Position numbers and translations under genes: made by a program. The notes under the pieces were generated by a model. That model ran no database searches. It saw only the letters and a program-made list of their open reading frames with translations, and was not told the DNA's origin. A stretch of DNA of 64,000 nucleotides from Macrostomum lignano (Eukaryota): assembly GCA_002269645.1 (NCBI GenBank), contig NIVC01000406.1, positions 159,494 to 223,493 of the forward strand. The letters run 5' to 3'. Positions 35,913 to 47,822 of this stretch are shown one piece after another; position 1 is the stretch's first letter; each line of letters starts with the position of its first letter.

Positions 35913-38900
35913 ACCGCAGAGCCGGCAACCGCCAAACCGGTTGAGACGCCCCTAGCGGCGTCAACGGGACCAGAGGATGACTCGAACCCCTGCCGCTCGT
36001 TCACCTGGGATGATTACCTGCAGAATACGGGCGCCATCGCGGCCGATTCCGACACTTTCCATCACGTAGAAGCTGCCCACGCCAGCCTCTGCCGGCCTGG
36101 CATGCTGTTCGCGTTGCCATGGAAACGCGACACTTATTGGCCAGTTCGCATAGCAACTGTTAGCGGACCGTTGCTAGGCGTTCAATTCGTTGGCGCAGCT
36201 TCGTCGGTTGCTAAGGAGCAGCATCAGCATCAGCAGCCAGTGTGGTACAGCGTGGCCAGCAAGACTGGCAAATCGCTGGATTGGTGCCGCCAGAACCCCA
36301 CGCTAGTAAAACCGCCGCCCGAAGTTCGAGTCGGCGACTCTTCAGACACTGCAGACGATGCCGTATTGAAAAGTTTATTACTAGGCAAAGGCGAAGGCGA
36401 AGGCGAGGACGCTCCGACTGAGATGCTTGATGGTGACGCCCTGCAACCGGCTGAGAGGATTCTGGAGGGCGGCCTGTTGGAGTGCTGCGACTGTCTGATG
36501 CCATACGCTCTGTGGTTTGTTAAGGTTAGCTGGGATGCAGATGGAATGCAGATTGGTTCCAGTATCGGGTAGATTGGTTCCAGTTTCGGCTTTCGGGTAG
36601 ATTGGTTCCAGTTTCTGGTAGATTGTTTCTAGTATCGGGTAGATTGGTTCCAGTATCGTGTAGATTGTTTCCAGTATCGGGTAGATTGGTTCCAGTATCA
36701 GGTAGATTGGTTCCAGTATCGTGTAGATTGTTTCCAGTATCGGGTAGATTGTTTCCAATATCGGTTAGATTGGTTCCAGTATCGTGTAGATTGGTTCCAG
36801 TATCGTGTAGATTGTTTCCAGTATCGGTTAGATTGGTTCCAGTGTCTGGTAGATTGGTTCCAGTTACTGGTAGATTGGTTCCAGTATCAGGTAGATTGGT
36901 TCCAGTTTCGGGTAGATTGGTTCCAGTTTCGGCTTTCGGGTAGATTGGTTCCAGTTTCTGGTAGATTGGTTCCAGTATCGGGTAGATTGGTTCCAGTTTC
37001 GGCTTTCGGGTAGATTGGTTCCAGTTTCTGGTAGATTGTTTCCAGTTTCTGGTAGATTGGTTCCAGTATCAGGTAGATTGGTTCCAGTTTCTGGTAGATT
37101 GTTTCAAGTATCGGGTAGATTGGTTCGAGTATCGGGTAGATTGGTTCCAGTATCAGGTAGATTGTTTCCAGTATCGGTTGGATTGGTTCCAGTTTCTGGT
37201 AGATTGTTTCAAGTATCGGGTAGATTGGTTCGAGTATCGGGTAGGTTGGTTCCAGTTTCGGCTTTCGGGTAGATTGGTTCCAGTTTCGGCTTTCGGGTAG
37301 GTTGGTTCCAGTATCGGGTAGATTGGTTCCAGTTTCGGCTTTCGGGTAGATCGGTTCCTTAATCTAATAGCGCAGTTCCAGTTTCCTCAGTGCGAGCACC
37401 TCGAACGCCATCATCCCGCCACCCAAAGGTCGTTAGCAACCGCGGCGGCCGACTCCAGCTCGTGTGGATGGACGAGCAGTGCTCGGAGCCCCGGCCCGAC
37501 AGAGAGCCGTTCTACCTGTTCTTCACCAGCCACCGACTGCATCCGTTGGGGTTTGGCGCCTCGGATAGCGAGCAGAAGTCGTCACTTCCCTACTATTATT
37601 CTCCCAGCCTGACCGAGTCGGGCCGGGTGTCCAACGAGTCGGCCACCAGCCTATCGTCGTCATGGCAACCAGCATTAGCCGGTAAATTTATGCGCAAGCA
37701 TCGGGCCCCGCCGCAGCATAGATTCCGCTTGGGCCATCGAATGGAAGCTGTGCATCCGGTGCATAGGCGGACTATCCAGCCCGCCTCTGTCGTGTCAGTG
37801 ATTGACAAGCACTTTTTCATTGTCGAATTGGACGATTTACGGCCGCCTAGTGAACGGCAGAGCGTGAAACGGTTGTGCACTGCGGAGACCTGCGAGATAT
37901 TCGCCGCTAATACTTGCGCCTCGAGGTCGCTGCCCTTGACTCCTCCGCCGGGTGAGTTTACCAGTGTCGGTTGTGGGATATTTATCAATGTGTCAGCTGT
38001 AGAATGTTATCTGTGTCGGTTATGAGGTGTTTGTTAGTGTTTGTTGTAGGGTGTTTATTGGTGTCGTTTGTGAAATGTTTATCGGAGTCAGTTGCGGGGT
38101 GTTTATCAGCTAGTCAGTGATGGGAATGTCGATCTGCTAGTTAGTGGTTGGGTTGTTTATCAGCTTGTCAGTCGTACAGCGGGGTGTTTATCAGCTAGTC
38201 AGTTGTGGGGGTGTTTATCAGCTAGTCAGTTGTGGGGGTGTTTATCAGCTAGTCAGTTGTGGGGGGTGTTTATCAGCTAGTCAGTTGTGGGGGTGTTTAT
38301 CAGCTAGTCAGTTGTGGGGGTGTTTATCAGCTAGTCAGTTGTGGGGGTGTTTATCAGCTAGTCAGTTGTGGGGGTGTTTATCAGCTAGTCAGTTGGGGGG
38401 TGTTTATCAGCTAGTCAGTTGTGGGGGTGTTTATCAGCTAGTCAGTTGTGGGGGTGTTTATCAGCTAGTCAGTTGTGGGGGTGTTTATCAGCTAGTCAGT
38501 TGTGGGGGTGTTTATCAGCTAGTCAGTTGTGGGGGTGTTTATCAGCTAGTCAGTTGTGGGGGTGTTTATCAGCTAGTCAGTTGTGGGGGTGTTTATCAGC
38601 TAGTCAGTTGTGGGGTGTTTATCAGCTAGTCAGTTGTGGGGGTGTTTATCAGCTAGTCAGTTGTGGGGTGTTTATCAGCTAGTTTATCAGTGTAGACTAG
38701 ACTAGCATAACTACAAAACGGCCCATCACAAACCACTGTACTCCCATTAACCGCAATTCCCAGGTCACAGCGGCCACTTCACCTGGGCTGGTTACCTGGC
38801 CAGCCTCCCAGCCTCATCGGACGGTCAAGCCGCCCAGGCCCCGCCCGACTCATATTTCCAGCTGCCAGACGAAGAGTTCGACTTTTGTCTGGGCGAAAAG

Positions 38901-40634
38901 TTGGAAATGGTCAGCCAAGAGGAACCAGCTAATACTCTGGTGCCGGCCACCATCACCAGGTTTATTGGCCGGCTGATGCTGCTGCATCTCAATCATCTGC
39001 CGCCGCTGTCTCCGCCAATTCTGGTTGACATGGGATCCACCAGCCTGTTCCACGTTGGCTGGGCCGAACTGAATGGCCATCGAATGTCTGTGCCGTTTTG
39101 CTATCAACAGGTATATTAATGAATACTTACTCAAATTAATTGCTTTATGTTTTCACTTTAGTCACAAGGTTCACTCTGACCCACTAATTAACCTACTCAT
39201 TGATCCACTAATTGACCTACTTTTTGGCCTACTTTTTGACCTACTTATTGACCTACTTATTGACCCACTTGTTGACCTACTTTTTGACCTACTTATTGAC
39301 CCACTTGTTGACCTACTCAGTAAAGCCTGCTAATAGGCGTACTATAACTAATTTAATAATTTTACCTCTAGTTTAGAGTACCTTATTTTTATAACTACTA
39401 TTCGATGTATTGACGCATATGCAATATATTTTACCCTTCAGTGAACATGCTTTACTTATTATTCTAATACACACGCTTCTCGCCTACTAACAGTAGCAAT
39501 CTGTAGAAAAAATGTTATAGTTAAGCCTTTTAAAAAGTCTCAACTACCCTGCCACCATTGCAGGCGGCCCATCACAAGCGCCTGCTAACTAACGTGCATC
39601 CGCCAAGCTGGTGCAGCAAAATCTACGTCAACAGCCGTTGCCACGTGGGCCCCAGCCTGTCCAAAGGCTCCGTAGATGGCCTACCAAAGTCCCTCGGTCC
39701 AGGCGACGTGTGCGTCCTACTCGAAGACCTAATCAGTCGAATAGTACAAGCGGCCTACAATCCCACGAAGGTGTTAAAAGACATCGAGCGTGATCCCGAA
39801 GAGCCGCGCGATTCTCTGGCTCAACGCCCGATGAAAGCGAAGTTCAAAGGCAAATCTTATTCGTCAATAGTGCAGCTGTGCAATAACAGCATGTTTCTAG
39901 ACGAATATTTGAAGCAGTTCTGCATCAGACTGAAGGCCTGCCCCTATTTTGTTAGCGTATTCCGTTTGCGCACCTCCTGCCCGGAGACCTGTCAGGCCAG
40001 ATTAAAGAAACTGCTCACAGTCGAACGGTTGCCAAGGAAGACTCGACCGCCTAGGCTGCTCAGACCGAATGCTTCGGCTAGCAATCTGCCTCAGCTGGAG
40101 CAGCAACCGCAGCATCAGGCAGGCGGAGACGACAGCTATCAAGGTGGCGCCGATGTTGACGACGATCTGGCTAGCAACCATTCCTCAGCTAATGGCGGCG
40201 CCGCTCGGGTGCAAACTCGCGGCGTCCGTCTGCCCAGCTACGCCCTGCTAGAGAAGCGCAAAAAGCGGCGCAATAATAATCATAACGATGATCAGCAGCA
40301 GCAGCAGCAGCAGCAGGCTTCTGCCTCGGCTGGAGCGGCCGCATCTGCTACTACTAGTAGTAGTAAGAAAGCTAAATTAGCTCCTCCATTGATATCTAAT
40401 CCGTTGCATTGGTCAATTGACGAATTGTTAATCTATTTAAAATCCAATACGGACATATCTGACGATGTCTGCGAGCTGCTCGTGTCTGAGAAGGTCGATG
40501 GACAGGCCTTCCTGTTGCTGACTCTGCCCACTGTTGTTAGCGGGCTGGGCTTGTCTCTGTCAGCCTCTGCCGAGCTCTGCCACTGCGTCTGGCAGCTTAA
40601 GAAGGCCTTCTTTCAGCAGTTCGCCAATAGCTAG
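35913..40634 (+). CDS. SFMBT: Scm-like with four MBT domains (SFMBT1/2-like): 4 MBT + SLED + SAM, ~850 aa, 4 exons; start codon not present in the first visible exon
   Basis: Exons 35913-36524, 37429-37951, 38764-39110, 39564-40634; phases join. MBT motifs FTWDDYL..TGA.AA...[30 protein letters not shown]...[14 protein letters not shown]: IYVNSRC.VGP.L.K.....LP.SLGPG...VL...I...AYNP..VL. SAM: NPL.WS.DE......[15 protein letters not shown]...CH....LK.AFF.QFAN. Confidence 0.9.
36548..37355. repeat. 21-bp minisatellite in SFMBT intron 1
   Basis: Unit GGTAGATTGGTTCCAGTATCG. Confidence 0.95.
38085..38690. repeat. 27-bp minisatellite in SFMBT intron 2
   Basis: Unit GTTTATCAGCTAGTCAGTTGTGGGGGT. Confidence 0.95.
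39175..39320. repeat. 12-bp minisatellite in SFMBT intron 3
   Basis: TTGACCTACTTA / TTGACCCACTTG variants. Confidence 0.85.
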
Positions 40635-40799
40635 TCTATGGGAAACCGAGCTGGTTCTTTGACTTTTCCTCTCTACTCACTATTTATTTTTATTAGTCTT
40701 TGTGTTTATTCGGTATTGTTGTCTCACTTGTTATCAATTTGTGTGTGTGTCTGCTTTCAGCTAATTAGCAGTGTGCACTCCCCTGTGTCTGCGTATCTT

Positions 40800-41160
40800 T
40801 GTCTGTCTCTCTACTCTAACTTGTCCAGCTCGTGTGTCTGTCTCTCTACTCTAACTTGTCCAGCTCGTGTGTCTGTCTCTCTACTCTAACTTGTCCAGCT
40901 CGTGTGTCTGTCTCTCTACTCTAACTTGTCCAGCTCGTGTGTCTGTCTCTCTACTCTAACTTGTCCAGCTCGTGTGTCTGTCTCTCTACTCTAACTTGTC
41001 CAGCTCGTGTGTCTGTCTCTCTACTCTAACTTGTCCAGCTCGTGTGTCTGTCTCTCTACTCTAACTTGTCCAGCTCGTGTGTCTGTCTCTCTACTCTAAC
41101 TTGTCCAGCTCGTGTGTCTGTCTCTCTACTCTAACTTGTCCAGCTCGTGTGTCTGTCTCT
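40800..41160. repeat. 35-bp minisatellite downstream of SFMBT
   Basis: Unit CTACTCTAACTTGTCCAGCTCGTGTGTCTGTCTCT; period seen at 40861/40896. Confidence 0.95.
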
Positions 41161-41204
41161 AGGCCTCTTACTGCCACCCCCGTCATCTATCCTTATTTCT
41201 CTCC

Positions 41205-41286
41205 TCTTCTCTTTGCTCTCTCTCTCTCTCCTTCTCCTCTCTCTCTCCTCCTCTCCTCTCTCTCCTCCTCTCTCTCTCTCCTTCTC

Positions 41287-41318
<32 letters not shown>

Positions 41319-42150
41319 CTTCTCCTCTCTCTCCCTCTCCTCTCTCTCCTTCTCCTCTCTCTCTCTCCTTCTCCTCTCTCTCTCCTTCTCCTCTCTCTCC
41401 CTCTCCTCTCTCTCCTTCTCCTCTCTCTCCCTCTCCTCTCTCTCCCTCTCCTCTCTCCCTCTCCTCTGTTTCTCCTCTCTCTCCCTCTCTCTCCTTCTCC
41501 TCTCTCTCTCTCTCTCCTTCTCCTCTCTCTCTCCCTCTCCTCTCTCTCTCTCTCCTCTCTCTCTCTCCTTCTCCTCTCTCTCCCTCTCCTCTCTCTCCCT
41601 CTCCTCTCTCTCTCTCCTTCTCCTCTCTCTCTCCCTCTCCTCTCTCTCTCTCTCTCTCCTCTCTCTCCCTCTCCTCTCTCTCCTTCTCCTCTCTCTCTCT
41701 CCTTCTCCTCTCTCTCTCTCTCTCCTCTCTCTCTCTCCTTCTCCTCTCTCTCCCTCTCCTCTCTCTCCCTCTCCTCTCTCCCTCTCCTCTGTTTCTCCTC
41801 TCTCTCCCTCTCTCTCCTTCTCCTCTCTCTCTCTCCTTCTCCTCTCTCTCTCCTTCTCCTCTCCTCTCCTCTCCTCTCCTCTCTCTCTCTCCTTCTCCTC
41901 TCTCTCTCCTTCTCCTCTCCTCTCCTCTCCTCTCCTCTCCTCTCCTCTCCTCTCTCTCTCTCCTTCTCCTCTCTCTCTCCCTCTCCTCTCTCTCTCCTTC
42001 TCCTCTCCTCTCCTCTCCTCTCCTCTCCTCTCCTCTCCTCTCCCCCTCCTCTCCTCTCCCCCTCCTCTCCCCATCGCCTCTCCTCTCCTCTCGTCTCTCC
42101 TCTTCTCACCTTTCATCTCCTTTCTCCTCTCCTCTCTTCTCTCTCTTCTC
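41205..42150. repeat. ~950-bp nearly pure polypyrimidine (CT/CCTCT) tract
   Basis: Almost exclusively C and T on the + strand. Confidence 0.95.
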
Positions 42151-42894
42151 TTCTGTTTTGCGGTAGTTAAAATCGTTTTGCTATTTAAATTTAGTTCATT
42201 TCATTAAGTATTTGTGTACAAACACGAAACACGGAACTTGTTAATATTCATTTCATTTGTCTAATAAATTCTGCTCTGACCTTAACAGGAGAATTACTGT
42301 TTTTTTCTTCTCTTCCAGAAGTGTTTGTGATTTAGATAAATTATCTATAATAAGCTCTCTATTGCTGCTCCAATTCTAAGAGACGCGTTGCCATTCTTTC
42401 TGTCCAAAAGTATCTTTTAATTGTTGTGCTAAGCTCACAAAAAATATTTATTAAATAAGGAGTTTATGTCGAAACAATATTTATTGCGTCTGCGTAAAGT
42501 ACAAATCTGTGTAGTGCTGTGACTGAAATTCCAATGTCATATTTTATTTGAAATTACCATAAACTCCTTTCCTTATCTGATGGCCAAGCAATTTTCGCTT
42601 AGTGCGATAGTGTTTAATAATAATCTTTCTTAAATTAATAAATTACAGTTCTATCTTAATTTTAGTAATAAAAAAACTAACTTTCTATTTCCAGGCACCA
42701 CGTCAGTATGCATCGTTTTTTATTACTTGTATCAACGATAATAATTCATTGTGGTTTATGATTTATAATATAATCTATTATTTAAGTTACGAGTGCGCAC
42801 CGTGTGACCGTGTGCGCGTTTATTGACTCGATAAGTTAGTTTATAACAGTTTATAAATGCAGTTAATCTCGTGTCATTTCGCTTTTAATCCTGT

Positions 42895-43570
42895 AAAAGT
42901 CATGACCTTGACTCGTGAAGGAATCGGGAATCCCGTACAAACCATGACCTTGACTCGTAAAGGAATCGGGAATCCCGTACAAATCATGACCTTGACTCGT
43001 AAAGGAATCGGGAATCCCGTACAAACCATGACCTTGACTCGTAAAGGAATCGGGAATCCCGTACAAATCATGACCTTGACTCGTAAAGGAATCGGGAATC
43101 CCGTACAAATCATGACCTTGACTCGTAAAGGAATCGGGAATCCCGTACAAATCATGACCTTGACTCGTGAAGGAATCGGGAATCTCGTACAAATCATGAC
43201 CTTGACTCGTGAAGGAATCGGGAATCCCGTACAAACCATGACCTTGACTCGTAAAGGAATCGGGAATCCCGTACAAATCATGACCTTGACTCGTGAAGGA
43301 ATCGGGAATCTCGTACAAATCATGACCTTGACTCGTGAAGGAATCGGGAATCCCGTACAAACCATGACCTTGACTCGTAAAGGAATCGGGAATCCCGTAC
43401 AAATCATGACCTTGACTCGTGAAGGAATCGGGAATCTCGTACAAATCATGACCTTGACTCGTGAAGGAATCGGGAATCTCGTACAAATCATGACCTTGAC
43501 TCGGGAAGGATTTGGAAATCCCGTGCAAATCATGACCTTGAATCTTGGGTGATCGAATCGGGAATCCCAT
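42895..43570. repeat. 42-bp minisatellite, ~16 copies, with an incipient 3-unit higher-order pattern
   Basis: Unit ATGACCTTGACTCGTAAAGGAATCGGGAATCCCGTACAAATC. Confidence 0.95.
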
Positions 43571-44394
43571 ATAAATCATCAATAATTGATTAGGTTATTT
43601 TTTTAACCAATCTACTTAAGAATGAGCTTTGTATTTGTTTAGAAAATATCGATTGAAAACGGCTACAATGTGACTTGAGACCTGATTTGTACCATATCTC
43701 TCCTAGTTAAAAGGGCAATTTTTTAAGAAACGCAAACTAAATTGGAAGTATGTGTGTACTGTACGTTTTGTGTTCTGTATATTCTCAGAAAGAGGCAGAA
43801 AAGTCACGTGTGTTAGGCCAAAACGTGTTACCCTGAAGGCACCGGGTGCACTGATCCGAGAGGGATTGAGTTTCTTTGCAACTCGCTTCGTTCGTTTCCT
43901 TGGGGGGGGGGGGTGGCTGCAGAAAAAGAGGGAGAAGAGAGACGTGCCAGATAGAAAATTGGACGAAAAATTGTTATAACCTCTGAGACGCGTTCTCAGT
44001 TCTCTGCACCTCTCCGTACTATACTAACTCTTCAATTCTATAATGCTCAATGAAACAGCTGCTGTTGCTGCTGCTGCTGCTGAGATATCTGAAAGTCCAA
44101 CAGCCAATGGGAGCAGATTAGAGGGACAGAAAGAGAGACCTGTTCGTTGTTTTCTGTCCTCTTCAAATATCCCATATCTCTATATTATATAGTGTAGTCA
44201 TATAGCTAGACCTGCTCAAGATCCTAAACACAGCTGACAGGTTGCTAAGCTGAATTTAAGACGGCTGTTGAAGAGCAAAGCTGGTTAAAGAAATAATAAT
44301 GCAGTTTAGCACTGCGGCTGATTTGAAATTCTGCTCTGCAACTAGCAGGTGAGTGTGGCGTGATTACTTTAAGGCCATGTTTTCATACTCGAAG

Positions 44395-45420
44395 GGTGAG
44401 ATTTTGAGAGCCTCTCATAACACTGATTATGAGATGTTGAGACCCTCTCCTAACACTGATTATGAGATGTTGAAACCCTCTCCTAACACTGATTATGAGA
44501 TGTTGAGACCCTCTCCTAACACTGATTATGAGATTTTGAGACCCTCTCCTAACACTGATTATGAGATTTTGAGACCCTCTCCTAACACTGATTATGAGAT
44601 GTTGAGACCCTCTCCTAACACTGATTATGAGATTTTGAGACCCTCTCCTAACACTGATTATGAGATTTTGAGACCCTCTCCTAACACTGATTATGAGATT
44701 TTGAGACCCTCTCCTAACACTGATTATGAGATTTTGAGACCCTCTCCTAACACTGATTATGAGATTTCGGGACCCTCGGCTAAAACTGATTATGAGATTT
44801 TGAAACTCTCGCCTGAAACTGATTGAGATTTTGAAACTCTCGCCTGAAACTGATTGAGATTTTGAAATTCTCGCCTGAAACTGATTATGAGATTTTGAAA
44901 CTCTCGCCTAAAACAGATTATGAATGAGATTTTGAAACTCTCGCCTAAAACAGATTATGAATGAGATTTTGAAACTCTCGCCTAAAACAGATTATGAATG
45001 AGATTTTGAAACTCTCGCCTGAAACTGATTGAGATTTTGAAATTCTCGCCTGAAACTGATTATGAGATTTTGAAACACTCGCCTGAAACTGATTATGAGA
45101 TTTTGAAACTCTCGCCTAAAACAGATTATGAGATCTTGAAACTCTCGCCTGAAACTGATTATGAGATTTTGAAACACTCACCTGAAACTGATTATGAGAT
45201 TTTGAAACTCTCGCCTGAAATAGATTATGAGATTTTGAAACTCTCGCCTAAAACAGATTATGAATGAGATTTTGAAACTCTCGCCTGAAACTGATTATGA
45301 GATTTTGAAACTCTCGCCTGAAACTGATTATGAGATTTTGAAACTCTCGCCTGAAACTGATTATGAGATTTTGAAACACTCACCTGAAACTGATTATGAG
45401 ATTTTGAAACTCTTGCTTAA
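44395..45420. repeat. 33-bp minisatellite with two variant domains
   Basis: CCTCTCCTAACACTGATTATGAGATTTTGAGAC up to ~44760, then CTCTCGCCTGAAACTGATTATGAGATTTTGAAA. Confidence 0.95.
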
Positions 45421-45809
45421 AACTTACTGAAATTTTTTCAGGGGCGCCAAAACCTATAGATTATGAATAATTATCATCCTTGCTTGGCTAGGCATATTAA
45501 TCAGTCCTTCTAGCCAGTTAGTTAAATAATATAATTATAATTGAGGCTGCAAAATGCAGAGAACACTGGGCTTGATGTGGATTTTGGTATTGCATGCGCT
45601 TGGCGATGGATTTTTGAGATTAGATAAGGCAGTGGGACACGAAGACAGATTAAGCTCGTTTCTTCCAAAGTGCCGCAAGAAAAATGAAATAATAAAAGCT
45701 CTTATTTATGTGGTTTTTTTTATTATTCGGTCGTAATACTCGTTTAAGCTACTCTTTCATTAGTAGACAAAGCGGGCATAAGTGAGATTTTTTTAATACC
45801 AAAAAACAC

Positions 45810-45840
45810 TAGGGTTAGGGTTAGGGTTAGGGTTAGGGTT
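45810..45840 (+). repeat. Short perfect interstitial (TTAGGG)n tract
   Basis: TAGGGTTAGGGTTAGGGTTAGGGTTAGGGTT. Confidence 0.9.
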
Positions 45841-46567
45841 TTGTGTAGTTACTAATATCTAATTTACTGAACTTTCTGAAATTCTCTGACCAAACCTACG
45901 ATTTGGTAACCAACAGGGTAATAAAGTATTATCTTCAAGGCCTTCAAATCTGTACACGTATACGATTATCTATACATTTAGAGTGTTAGGCCAGATCCGC
46001 TCTATAAATTGTTTAGAACAGTTTGAAACCGAAAAAACGAAACGCTGAAACCCTCGCTTAGTCAGCGATTCTCTGCTCCTGAAAAATCAGGCTCTCTGCC
46101 CCAGTTGAGACAGATTTTTTACCAGCATATCAGTGAGCAAAGCTTTTCTCAATTTACTTTTATTAGCTGCTATTTTTATTTTAACACAATCTACTAGCGC
46201 TTGCAAATGTACATCCAGTCTCGGGAGTGTACATTCTTTTCTAACCCCAGCCCCTCCCCTCCCAAACCACCGCCCTGTTCCAAGCGCTAAATTAGGCGAA
46301 GGCTCTCTCTGCAGTCGTTGGCCTCGCCCTTCGGTTGTGTGCGCTTGTCTATCGGCCCTTAACCTCAACCTCCTTACATATCTGTCACACCTTTTCCCTT
46401 CTTACCTGCCTGCCCTGCCTATGCCACCTGTATGCTATATGCAGGTGAAAGCAACCAACCACTGTGTGACCTTGTAGACTTGAATATAAATTACACACAG
46501 ACCAAATATTAGCTACAGCAACAAGGATTGCTTTCATATTAATCTGCTATAGAGTTGAGAGTTGACT

Positions 46568-47610
46568 ATGACTTTCCCAATTCATCCGAACAATTACAAC
46601 TCGATGCTGCCTGCGCCCAGCCAGCTGGACGAACCGAACACGTTCAGGTCTGTGCGGACGCCCAGTAGTAAACTTTGGTTTTAAATTGTGTTCAACATGA
46701 ATTATTGGCTACTGTTGCTTTTTGAACAACAAAATTACATTTATTTACCTAATTTACACAGCAAAGTACTTGCCCCGTCAATAGGATAAAGTACATGGAT
46801 AGTGTACATGTTTGAAAGTTTAACTATCTGCATATCCGTCTTAATCCTGCAGCGAAGGCATTCGCCGAGTTCGACTGCTGCGCAGCGCTCAGCTGGAGTG
46901 CATCACGGTGGCCCTGGTCTGGATCGATGTTGCCATGGTTACGCATCAGATTGTGCTGGACTTCTCGCTAACGGGTGAGAATGTATGGTTTATGAGTAGG
47001 AAATCTATACTTCTAAACGAGTTGGTTGTTCTCGTTTTTTGTTTGTTTGTTTGTCAATGGCAAAATTTACTGCGATCTAATTACTGTTTATGAATTCGTT
47101 CTTTGCCTTCTCAATGTTATCATACACTCAGTTCCAGGTTCTCAGCAATTCCCCATTGAGCCATGGCATCTCAGAAACTCCCCATTGAGCCAATTGGCAT
47201 CTCAGCAACTCCTTTTTTCTGTTTATTAATTTGCCTATGAGCAATCTTTGTCATCATTTTTCTTGACCCCGAACCTTGAACAGAATATGAAACTCCTCAG
47301 ACTATGGTGTGTAAAATTTCCGCATCCTAATTCCACTCCAAAATGCTACTCTGCTATATGCTATTTAAATCTTTCAACCATGCGCGCCATAATTTTATTG
47401 ATGCACCTATACTATAATACTAGTAGTAGTCTATATGGACAATTGTTTCAATTTTGACAGCCTCAAACTCCACCGACAAAAACGGCACGGACGAGCGGCC
47501 GCAGCTGGCCGAATTCAGTAGCGACCATCCGGCACTGAGTAGCCGGGCCTCCACTGGCCTCTTCATCGCCATCACCGCCATGGCCTTCCTGTTCCTGCTC
47601 GAGGTGGGAC

Positions 47611-47657
<47 letters not shown>

Positions 47658-47756
47658 GTGTCTGTGTGTCTGTCTGTCTGTCTGTGTGTCTGTCTGTGTG
47701 TCTGTGTGTCTGTCTGTCTGTCTGTCTGTCTATCTGTCTGCCTCTCTGTCCGTCTA

Positions 47757-47822
<66 letters not shown>

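Noticed and set aside
42895-43570. CRISPR-like regular repeat appearance (also 1465-1960, 15215-15700, 40800-41160)
   Set aside because: Units are head-to-tail with no unique spacers, there are no cas genes, and the context is eukaryotic.
46133-46477. 114-aa ORF with a signal-peptide-like start upstream of the Hv-like gene
   Set aside because: GTG start, no ATG and no recognisable domain. More likely promoter or 5' UTR sequence.
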